DNA of 64,000 bases from Geosiphon pyriformis uo1 (taxonomy: Eukaryota > Fungi > Glomeromycota): NCBI GenBank assembly GCA_016748015.1, contig JAAOMT010000034.1, positions 62,001 to 126,000 of the forward strand, given 5' to 3'. Shown here in pieces: positions 53,001-64,000 of this stretch. Each line of letters opens with the position of its first letter. Position 1 is the stretch's first letter. Under the pieces are notes generated by a model, which saw nothing but the letters and a program-made list of their open reading frames with translations, did not search any database and had not been told where the DNA came from. Both the position numbers and the translations under genes were made by a program.

Positions 53001-56000
53001 ATGAAAAAAGAAAGAAAAAGGAAGAACTTACTGAAAATACTAACCAAACATGGTAAACTAATAACAATGACACCAAACTGACACCAACTTGGGAATAGGA
53101 AGAGAATACAAAAGAAAAAAAAAAGAAAAAGAAGAAAAGTCAGCACCAACCACTATCACTACTCATATTCCCTATACCTATACCATACCACCACCATCTA
53201 ACTATTATTGACCCAAACTAGTATGCATTAACTGTAACAAAAAATTGTTTACAATGGGCACATATTGTGACAACAAAGAAGAATAGCCAATAACAACTAA
53301 ATTCTATTGCCACCTATGTCTCATTAATTGGTTCAGATGACCAAAAAGACAAAAAAAATAGGACAATAAACCATGCTTGGCTTGTGATGAAACTCTTTTT
53401 GACAAAAAAATGTGGAATGACATCTCTGGAAAAGGAGAAACATATGACAAATTGTGTCAGTACATAATCCTAATAAGCAACTGGGTGAGAAAAAGGACAT
53501 CAATAGAAACAGTCTGGAGGAAAGCAGTAAAATGGTTAAATAAATGTCCACATAATAATGACAAAATTTGGCAAATGGCTCTTACCAAAATTAAAGAAGC
53601 ATTACCAGAAGAAATAAAAACCATTAAAAACAACCCAATAGAACTTGACTGGAGCCCAAACCCAAATATTGTCCTAGAGCCAATGGACCCAGAACAATTC
53701 CATGAGTACTACCAAGAATTAGCACCCACTTGAGAAGAACAAAAGCAATGGTTAGAAGAAATAAACACATAACTATGTGACTATTGTTTAATCCCATGTG
53801 ACTTTTAATATTGTAATGAGTGTGATCTCATTTACAATCTGCCACCACACATGATCTAAACAATTCCAGAGAAAGATAAATCAATCAGCAGCTGCACATT
53901 AGAATTGGAATCAAATTTCAATTCAAATTCTGACAATGACAATAATGAGAATAATAGTTCCAGCTTCATTCAAAATGGCAACAAAAATAACAATGATTTA
54001 TATTCTGATTCAAACCCAAAAACATACATTGCTTTTTCTGATCTCTCCAAGAAACAGGAACTCAAATGGTTTAGTAATAACAATGAAGACATTATGCCAG
54101 AACAAGCACATAATACCAATGCAGGATTTGATCTGAGATATCCAGGAAAAGATGTCATTAAATTGGAACCATATTCATGCACCTGCATTGATCTCAAAGT
54201 AGCACTAGAAATCCCAGCAACAACAATGGTTCAACTAGCATCCAGGAGTAGTTTAGCAAAAAAAGAAATTAACATTAAGAGAGGAATAATTGATGCAGAA
54301 TATGTAGAAAATATTATTGCAATGCTACAAAATAACTCAGAAAAGGCATACATTATAGAGCCAAACAAAAAGATAACACAGACAATATTCCTGTCTCTGA
54401 TTAAAATAGTTCAATTAATATTAATGGAAAACAGAAAGAAATTAGGGATTACAGCTAAAGAAATACAGAGTTTTGAATTCATGAATAGAATAGATGTATT
54501 AGTTAATATGGCAGAGGAAAAAATTATTGACAAGGGAGAAATTATCTCCATCTGTCAATCAATTTTCATTCTACCATATGATTAGTACATGGTAGTTATA
54601 GAAAGAAAAGTAAAGGATCAGGTTCAGATTTTTGAGGCAGAAGCAACACTTTGTGAATTAGGAAAGATTGGATTAATCAATCTACACATACCAAAAAAAA
54701 ACCACAAACACATCAAAATTCTCATTTATAACAACACAAGAGATATTATTGAGATACCAGAAGAAACCACCATTAGATACTTAACCACCAAAATTGAAGA
54801 CCAACTGCCAAACACCATTTCAGACTTTTCACAACTGTGTGGATATGTAGATATCACATCTCAAACTATTTATGGACAAGAAAAATGTTATCTGCTCCAA
54901 CTAAAACAATTGGAACAGATAAGCTTGGGGAATTTAGACTCACTACAATATATGCAGGTTAAGATATTACTCAACAACTTCAACAACATTTTTACAAGTG
55001 AAAATAAATTTGGCAAAACTGACATAATCCAGCATCAGATTAAGACTAGAGATATAATGCCAATTAAACAAAAAGCATACAGAGTATTATTAGCCAGCCA
55101 TGAAATCATTCATCAAGAAATCAATTAGATGCTTAACAATGAGCTAATTCAGCCATTAATGAGCTCATAGTCATCACCAGTGGTACTAGTCTGTAAAAAA
55201 AATGGAAAAATCTGCTTTTGTGTGGATTACCAGAAACTAAATGGAGTAACCAAAGGAGATAGCTACTCAACACCAAAGATTCAAGAGCTGTTCAACACTT
55301 TTAGAGGAAAGAAATGGTTCTCAACTTTAGACTTAGACAGTGGTTACTGACAAATAGCCATGAAACTGGAAGATAAAAAGAAAATGGCTTTTACAATGCA
55401 AGAAAAAAAATTTAAATTTGAAGTTATGCCATTTGGCTTGATGAATGCTCCAGTCACATTCCAATGGCTGATGAAAATTGTCTATACTGAACTGCTATGA
55501 AAATCAGTAGTCATATACTTAGATAACACCAATGTGTTCTTAAAAACATTCAATAATTATCTGCATCATCTCCAACAAGTATTTAAAAGACTTAAATGAG
55601 CAGAATTGAAATTAAATCCCAACAAATGCTTCTTTGGCAAAACAGAACTCAAGTTTTTAGGACATGTTGTGAGCAAAGACAGTATCAAACAGATCCAGAT
55701 AAGATTGAGATTGTTAAAAACTTTCTAGTACCAAATAATATCACAGAATTAAGAGCATTCTTGAGATTTGCTGAATACTATCACTGATTTATTAAAGACT
55801 TTTTCAAAATAGCCCAACCACTGCATCAATTTTAAATAAAGAACACCAAATACGAATAGACAAAAATCCAGCAAAAAGTCTTTGACACACTGAAAAAAAA
55901 ACTTATTCAAACCCCAGTATTAATCTATCCAGACTACAACAAACCATTTATCATTACCACTAATGTATCTGATCAAGTATTAAGAGCAGTATTATCTCAA

Positions 56001-56318
56001 AAAAAACCAAATAGATGAGAACACTCAGTAGTTTACACCAGTAGAAGCTTAAGTCCAGCCAAAAAGAACTATAAAACATCAGCACTAAAACACTTAGCTA
56101 TCTATTAGGCTGTTATTAAATGGAAAAAATACTTGAGTCAAAAGTTTGAAGTATACACTAATCATAAAAGATTAACTTTAATCCAGAAGTAAAAATTTGG
56201 AGATGATTGTTATGCCAGATGAAAAATAGAACTTTTACTATTTAATTATACAATACATTACAAAAAAGGAAAAAAAAACAGAAATGCCAATGGCTTGTCA
56301 TAAATGAGACAAATTTAA
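50090..56318 (+). pseudogene. F ORF1: Gag-PR-Cys-rich domain-dUTPase (~54066-54490)-RT-RNase H
   Basis: ORFs 50204-55787. AGFDL and SRSSLA dUTPase motifs in ORF 53905. Stop at 56316-56318. Confidence 0.93.
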
Positions 56319-56349
56319 AAACATTTCAACCCAAAAATATAACAAAAAG

Positions 56350-57732
56350 ATGAATATACTAAAATACCAACAACTCCAACATTATATAAATACCCAATTG
56401 TTTAAGGAGAAATTATCTCAAAAAGAACAAAATAACATAAAACAACAATTAAAATATTTTATCAATTATCAAAATATACTTTACTGGAAGAACAAAAAAA
56501 ATTCAGATCAACCAACCAGAGTAATCACAAAACCAGAAAAAGAAACAATATTATTCAACATGCACTCAGACCCAATAGCAGGACATTTTTACAAAGAAAC
56601 AATCATGAAAAGAATCAGAAAAAGATACTATTGGCCATCAATGTATCCAGACATTATTCAATATGTTCAAAATTGTGAGACTTGTCAGAGAAAAAAAGGA
56701 AGGAAATCCAGTGAATCATTGAGACCAATCAAAGTAGGACAACTATTTGATTGTATCAGAATTAACTTAGTTAGACTATTAACAATCACCAGTAGAGACA
56801 ACAGATATATTGCAGTAGTCATGAATTATCTTACAAAATGGCCAGAAGCAAAAGCCATTCAAAAAGCAGATGCAGAATCCATTGCTGAATTTGTTTATTA
56901 AGATTTGATCTGTTGACATAAATGTCCAAAAGAACTATTATCAGATCAAAGAACTCATTTTGTGAATAGAACATTAGCAGAATTAAGTCAAAGATTTGGA
57001 ATAAAAAAACCATTATCATCACCATACCATCCACAAACAAATGGGTTAATTGAAAAATTTAACAAAACACTGTGTGAAGCAATAGCCAAGATCAGCCAAA
57101 AAAACCAAAATGAATAAGATTTATTCATATCATTAGTATTATTTGTTTACCAGACAATAAAACAAAACACTATACAAGCAATACTATTTGAATTAGTATA
57201 CAGTAGAACAACAACATTATCAGTTGAGATAGAAATCAAAACATATCCAACAAAACCAATAACAGAAGAGAATTTTCAAAGAACATTGTTAAGAAAAACA
57301 TATGACTTAATAGAGACAATAGAAAACAAATGGTGAAAAACAGCTGATAACATCCAAAAGTTACAAGAGAAACAAAAAAAAAGACATGATAACCAACTAC
57401 CAAATGAACCAGTCAATTTCAGAATTGGAGACAAAATACTTCTACATTGTACCAAAATGAAAAAACAATAGAGTGAAAAATTTAACCCCAAATGAAATAG
57501 ACCATTTTACATAGAAGAAATTCTAAAAAATAAAGCTTATAAATTAAGATAAAACAACAAAATCTTAGCCAAAACAGCACATAGTAATTGACTGAAACCA
57601 TATTACCATATAGAGTCACCATCTACCAGTAATATTTTACAATTAGAAGTACAGAAAATACTAGTCCAACCAGATAAAATTTTATAAAATCTGGAACCAA
57701 TCATAGTTATTAAACCAAACACATTCAATTGA
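56350..57732 (+). pseudogene. F ORF2: integrase with an intact ATG
   Basis: ORF 56350-56901 (MNILKY...HSDPIAGH...CETC) and its continuation. Confidence 0.93.
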
Positions 57733-57786
57733 ACAACCAAAAAAGTATATAAAGACATAGTATATGTGACAAAAGCAACAAAAAAA

Positions 57787-58422
57787 ATAGAAATACCAGA
57801 CCATATTTACACTTTAGCTCAACAATTGTTTCAAGCTTTAAGTCAACAGCAAGTAAACATAAAAATTATCATCAACAACCAAACAATTTGTTATTGAAAC
57901 ACCAAACAAAAAGAAAAAAATACACCATACCAGTGATCACAAAAACAATCAATAAACTAATTAGATAAAATAATTGAAAAAGTAAAAAACACTTTTGGAA
58001 AGACAACCATCATTATTTCAACAGAAAAACTAATGAAAAAAAATTGGAATCAATAGATAAACCAACTTCCAATACCATTTTGCTACTATCAATTGGGACA
58101 AAAAATTGATATTCAAAAGTTGTATCTTGACAAATCCAAGAGAATTTTCAATCAAGAGATAATCTGGAACATTAAAGACATTATTAAAAAGAAAACAAAT
58201 TTAACACTACATATTAGGACCATTTATTAACTATACACTATATTTCAAAACTACCCAGAAGTATTGTTACACTCTGACATAGAAACAATAACCATCAACC
58301 AATAGGAAAGAATAAACAACTTACAAATTGAAGAAATAAAGAATAGGATGAAACAGATGCTACTTAAAAAAGAAGTATTTGACATAATTTAAAATGAGAA
58401 TTTTGACAGAGCTCAATATTAA
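57787..58422 (+). pseudogene. F ORF3: unknown ~211 aa protein
   Basis: (M)EIPDHIYTLAQQLFQ...FDRAQY*. Confidence 0.78.
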
Positions 58423-58435
58423 AAAGAAAAGATAA

Positions 58436-59324
58436 TGTTACTTATAAAAAGAAAAAACAGATATAAAAAAAGTAGACCAATAGAAGAGTAGTAATCAGCA
58501 TGTAAGCATATTGCTTAGCAATATGAAACAATGTCAAAAATCACAGCACATTGCTTAGCAATATAGAGCAATATTAGTAACCACAACACATTGCTCAGCA
58601 ATATGGAGTGATATTAGAAAATTAAGGCACATTGCTCAAGAAATCATAGCACATTGCTCGAGAATGTGAGCAATCTCATAGAACATCAATTATGTATATA
58701 TAGTAGTAGTATTAGAAAAAGAAAAAACAAACCTCTTAGTTTAGATTTGATCTAAGCAACCTTCCATTCACAAATATCAAATAAATAATTATTTACTATT
58801 TCAATTCACTCTCCATTATCAACAATTCATGTTGATAGTAATTGATACTTAAACCACATTGGAACAATAACTCTTGATCATGACTATTAATAAGATACTA
58901 ACATTCATTGCCTTGACTTGTTTCTTTATTTTCTTTTTATTTTCTTTTGTTATTTTTTTTGTTTTACTAATTAATTAAAGAAAAAAAGTGCTAAATTATT
59001 GATGTCAAGGATAGCCTGGTAAAAAACTCCAAAGAAAGGATATAACATTGAAAATTTAAGAATAGCTTACCAGAAAGGCATCTCTGCCAGATTTCCGGCC
59101 ACCATGCTGAGAAAAAAATTCAACAGAATTGTAATTCCAAGAAACTACTGAGAAGACAACAATTGAATCTCTGTTTATTATACAAAAAACTCAACAACAC
59201 AACTTTCAGACTATTAAAACCTTCAGATTAGCCAAACCTTCAAAAACCAATATCATTGTATTAATTAAGCACCAAGTTATGGATTTGTTATTTGTTTTGA
59301 GACCCCAAATAATCAACTGTAATA
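58436..59324 (+). repeat. 3' LTR of F
   Basis: Repeat of 49275-50064 with an expanded U3 array. Confidence 0.94.
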
Positions 59325-59938
59325 GTGTCTACTCTTATTCCTGGGTCTTTTACCAGTGCTATATCCTGAAATCAGTAACTCAGCACTTTAATCCTTTTAA
59401 TTAATTAGTACACAACAAAAAATAACAAAACAAAAGAAAAAAAAATAAAAGAAAATAAAAAAATAAACCAAGGCAATGAATACCAGTATCCTGTTAATAG
59501 TTATAATCAAGAGCTATTGTTCCAGTTTAGTTAAGTATCAATTACTATTAACATAAAGTGTTAATAATAGGGAGTGAATTTGAGATATTAAATAATTATT
59601 TATTAATATTTGTGATATGGAATGTTGCTTAGATCAAATCTAAACTGAAAGGTCTGTCTTTTCTGCTTCTAATGCTACTGCTATATATACCTAATTTATG
59701 TTCTACAAAATTGCTCACATTTTCGAACAATGTGCTATGATTTTTTAAACAATGCTCATATTGCTAAGCAATGTGCTCTAATTTTTTAACATTGCTTCAC
59801 ATTGCTGAGCAATGTGCTGTAATTCCTGATATTGCTCCATATTGCTAAGCAATGTGCTTATGTGCTAATTACTACTCTCTTATTGGTCTGCTATTTTTCT
59901 ATATCTGTTTTTTTTATGAGTAACATTATCTTTTTCTT

Positions 59939-60574
59939 TTAATATTAAGCTCTGTCAAAATTCTTATTTTAAATTATGTCAAATACTTCTTTTTCAAGTA
60001 GTATCTGTTCCACCCTACTCTTTATTTCTTCAATTTATAAGTTGTTTATTCTTCCCTATTGGTTGATGGTTATTGTTTCTATGTCAGAGTATAACAATAT
60101 TTTTGGGTAGTTTTGAAATATAGTGTGTAATCAATAAATGGTCTTAATATATAGTGTCAAGTTTGTTTTTTTTCTAATAATGTCTTTAATATTTCAGATT
60201 ATTTTTTGATTGAAGATTCTCTTGGATTTGTTAAGATATAACTTTTAAATATCTACTTTTCATTCCAATTGATAGTAACAATATGGTATTAGAAGTTGGT
60301 CTATTTATTGGTTCCAATTTTCTTTCATCAGTTTTTCTGTTGGAACAATGATAATTATCTTTCCAAAAGTGTTCTTTACTTTCTCTATTATTTTATCTAA
60401 CCAGTTTATTGATTGTTTTTGTAGTCACTGGTATGGTGTACTTGTTTCTTTTTGTTTGGTGTTTCAATAACAGATTGTTTGGTTGTTGATAATAATTTCC
60501 ATGTTTACTTGCTGTTAACTTAAAGCCTGAAACAATTGTTAAGCTAAAGTGTGAATATGGTCTGGTATTTCCAT
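59939..60574 (-). pseudogene. G ORF3 (ATG intact: MEIPDHIHTLA...)
   Basis: Reverse complement of the F ORF3 region, same 636-nt span. Confidence 0.78.
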
Positions 60575-60629
60575 TTTTCTTTGTTGCTTTTGCCATATAT
60601 ACTATGTCTTTATATACTCTTTTTGTTGT

Positions 60630-62010
60630 TCAATTTGACATGTTTGGTTCAATAACTATGATTGGTTCTAGATCTTATAGAATTTTATTTGGTTGAACTA
60701 GTATTCTTTGTACTCCTAATTGTGGAATATTACTAATAGATGGTAATATACTATAGTGATATGGTTTCAGTTGATTATCATGTGCTACTTTGGCTAAGAT
60801 TTTATTGTTCTATCTTAATTTATAAGCTCTATTTCTTAGAATTTCTTCTATGTAAAATGGTCTGTCTCATTTGGTGTTAAATTTTCCACTCCATTGTTTT
60901 TCCACTTTGGTATGATGTAAAAATACTTTGTCTCCAATCTTGAATTCAACTGGATTATCTGGTAATTGGTTATTATGTTTTTTTTTGTTTTTTTTGTGAC
61001 TTTTGGATGTTATCAACTGTCTTTTGTTGTTTGTTTTCTAGAGTTTTCATTAAGTCATATGTTCTTCTTAGCAATGTTTCCTGAAAATTGTCTTTAGTTA
61101 TTGGTTCTGTTAAATATGTTTTGACTTCTATCTCAACTGGTAATATTACTGTTTTACCATATACTAATTCAAATAGTGTTGTTTGTGTAGTATCTTGTTT
61201 TATTGTTCAATAAGCAAATAATACTAATGATATAAACAAATCTCATTCCTTCTTGTTTTCTTGGCTAATTTTGGCAATTGTTTCACACAATGTTCTGTTA
61301 AATCTTTTAACTAACCTATTTGTTTATAGATGGTATAGTGATAATAATGGTCTTTTTATTCCAAATCTTTGGCTTAATTCTGCTAATGTTCTATTCACAA
61401 AATGAGTTCCTTGATCTAATAATAGTTTTTTTGGACATCCATGTCAATAGATCAAATCTTGATAAATGAATTTGGCAATGGATTTTGTATCTGCTCTTTG
61501 AATGGCTTTTGCTTCTGGCCATTTAATGAGATAGTCTATAGTTACTGCAATATATCTGTTTTCTCTGCTGGTGATTGTTAATGATCCAACTAAGTCAATT
61601 CCAATATGATTGAATAGTTGTCCCACTTTGATTGGTTTTAATGGCTCACTGGGTTTTGTTTCTCCTCTTCTCTGACAAGCATCACAATTTTGGACATATT
61701 AGATGATGTCTGAATACATAAATGGCCAATAATATTTTTTTCTGATTCTCTCCATGGTTGCTTCTTTATAAAAATGTCCTGTTGTTGGATCTGAATACAT
61801 ATTGAACAATATTGTTTCTTTCTTTGGTTCTGTGATTACTCTGATTGGTCGATCTGAATTTTTTTTGTTTTTTCAGTAAAGTATATTTTGATGGTTGATA
61901 AAATATTTTGATTGTTGTTTTATGTTGTTTTGTTCTTTTTAAGATAATTTCTTCTTGAACAATTGGGTATTTATATAATGTTGAAGTTATTGGTATTTTT
62001 GTATCTTTAT
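60630..62010 (-). pseudogene. G ORF2: integrase
   Basis: ORF 61444-61626 (IGIDLVG...KWPEA); ends DLEPIIVIEPNMSN*. Confidence 0.9.
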
Positions 62011-62041
62011 CTTTTTGTTATATTTTTGGGTTAAAATATTC

Positions 62042-64000
62042 TTAGATTTGTTTTATTCTTGACAATCCATTGGCATTTCTGTTTTCTTTTCCTTTTTTGT
62101 AATATACTGTATAATTAAATAGTGAAAGTTCTATTTTTCATCTGACATAGCAATCATCTGTAAATTCTTGTTTTTGGATTAAAGTCAATTCTTTGTGGTC
62201 AGTGTATACATCAAATTTTTGACTCAAGTATTCTTTTTATTTGATGACAGCCCAATAGATAGCCAAATATTCTAATGCTAATGTTCCATAGTTCTTTTCA
62301 GCTAGATTTAAGCTTCTACTGGCATAAGCTACTGGGTGTTCTCGTCCATCCAGCCCTTTTTAAGATAGTACAGCTCCTAATTTTTGGCCAGATACATCAG
62401 TGGTAATAATGAATGGTTTGCTGTAGTCTGAATAGATTAATACTGGGACTTGAATAAGTTTTCTTCTTAGTGTGTTAAAGGCTTTTTGTTAAATTTCAGT
62501 TCATTTGTATTTGGTGTTTTTTGTTTGGAGTTGATGTAGTGGTTAAGCTATTTTGGAAAAGTCTTTGATAAAGTGGTGGTAGTATTCAGCAAATTTCAAG
62601 AATGTTCTTAATTCTGTGAGATTATTTGGTACTGAAAAGTTCTTAACAATCTTAATCTTATCTGGATCTATTTTGATACTGTCTTTGTTTACAACATGTC
62701 CCAAAAACTTGAGTTCTGTTTTGCCAAAAAAGTATTTGTTTGTATTTAGTTTCAATCCTGCTTATTTGAGTCTTTCAAATACTTGTTGGAGATGATACAG
62801 ATGGTTATCAAATGTTTTTGAGAACACATTTGTATTATCCAAATATATAATAACTGATTTCCATAGTAGTTCAGTATAGATAATTTCCATAAGTTGTTAA
62901 AATGTGGCTGGAGCATTTATCAATCCAAATAACATAACCTCAAATTCAAAATTCTCTTCTCATGTTGTGAAAGCTGTTTTCTCTTTATCTTCTGGTTTTA
63001 TGGCTACTTGTCAGTAACTACTGTTTAAGTCTAAAGTTGAGAACCATTTCTTTTCTTTAAAAGTATTGAACAGTTCTTGAATCTTTGAAGTTGAGTAGCT
63101 ATCTCTTTTTGTTACTTTATTCAGTTTTTGGTAATCCACACAAAAATGGATCTTCCTATTTTTCTTACAAACTAGTACTACTAGTAATGACTATGAACTT
63201 ATTGATGGCTGAATTAGCTCATTGTCAAGCATCCAGTTGATTTCTTGACAAATGATTTTATGGCTGGCTGGTGGTACTCAGTATGCTCTTTGTTTGATTG
63301 GCATTGTATCTTTAGTCTTGATCTGATGCTAAATTATGTTTGTTCTGCCAAATTCATTTTCATTTGCAAAAATGTCTGTGAAGTTAGTGAGTAATATTTT
63401 TAGTTGTATATGCTAAAGTGGGTCTAAATTTCTCAAATTCATTTGTTCCAGTTGTTCTGGTTGAAGTAAATAATATTCATTCTGTCTATAGATTGTTTGT
63501 AATATTATATCAACATATCCACACAGTTGTAGAAAGTCCAGAATGGAGTTTGTTGATTGGTTTTCAATTTCAGTAGTTAAGTATCCAATAGTGGTTCCTT
63601 TTAGTATCTCAATGACATCTCCTGTATTGTTGTAAATAGAAATTTTAATGTAATTGTGGTTTTTAACTGGTATGTGTAGATTGACTAATCCAATTTTTTC
63701 TGATTTACAAAGTGTTGCTTCTGCCTCAAAAATTTGAACCTAATCCTTTACTTTCCTCTTTATGATTATCATGTACTGGTTATATGGTAGAATGGAAATT
63801 GATTAATAGGTGAAGATAATTTCTTCCTTGTCAACAATTTTTTTCTCTGCCATATTAACTGGTACATTTATTCTATCTGTAAATTCAAAACTCTGTATTC
63901 CTTTAATTATAATTCCTAATTCTTCCCTGTTTCTCACTAAAATTAATTGAGCTATTTTAACCAGAGACAAAAATATTGTCTGTGCTATCTTTTTATTTGG
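62042..64000 (-). pseudogene. G ORF1 3' part: dUTPase C-terminus, linker, RT and RNase H
   Basis: ORF 62543-62755. Ends NANGLSRIKQI* at 62042-62044. Confidence 0.9.

Larger units (their letters stand above)
49275..59324 (+). mobile_element. Element F: full-length Ty3/Gypsy LTR retrotransposon with dUTPase (pseudogenised)
   Basis: LTRs 49275-50064 and 58436-59324, TSD GTGT (49271-49274 / 59325-59328), PBS tggtgctccctgtga, PPT ~58421-58432. Confidence 0.96.
48985..64000 (-). mobile_element. Element G: Ty3/Gypsy element of the F family on the minus strand, continuing beyond the window; 3' LTR 48985-49274 + ~59329-59925
   Basis: Reverse-complement LTR ends at 48985 and 59925, with reverse-complement PPT after 59925. 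Minus-strand ORFs at 61444 (integrase) and 62543 (RT). Confidence 0.93.

Noticed and set aside
58507-58675. Palindromic interspersed repeats suggestive of a CRISPR array
   Set aside because: The units are short and degenerate with no unique spacers, lie inside LTR U3, and have no cas genes nearby.

Overview
Eukaryotic, very AT-rich, gene-free window made entirely of decayed, nested retrotransposons. The host is probably a fungus; the peptide style recalls Glomeromycotina such as Geosiphon, which is inference only. I can resolve seven Ty3/Gypsy LTR elements, one solo LTR and two LINE-like relics. The LTR elements are A (+, 2244-12375) inside the older B (-, <1-19120); C (+, 23600-33617) inside a solo LTR (-, 23312-34177); D (+, 35272-44956); E (+, from 45979, interrupted); G (-, 48985->64000) inside E; and F (+, 49275-59324) inside G's 3' LTR. 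All have TG..CA-type LTR ends, a PBS and/or PPT where visible, and 4-bp TSDs where both ends are present. The main novelty candidate is the shared three-ORF layout of this Gypsy lineage. ORF1 is Gag-protease-Cys-rich domain-dUTPase-RT-RNaseH and ends in a conserved stop directly after RNase H. Integrase forms its own ORF2 with its own start codon. An unknown ~210-245 aa ORF3 ends at the PPT. The LTRs also carry a covarying hairpin with a palindromic TGATCA 9-nt loop resembling a dimerisation kissing loop, and insertions are biased toward GTGT targets. All copies carry heavy C>T/G>A damage. Three assembly artefacts are visible: two N-gap duplications and a Tn5/Nextera mosaic end at 43989-44007. 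Internal domain coordinates are approximate.
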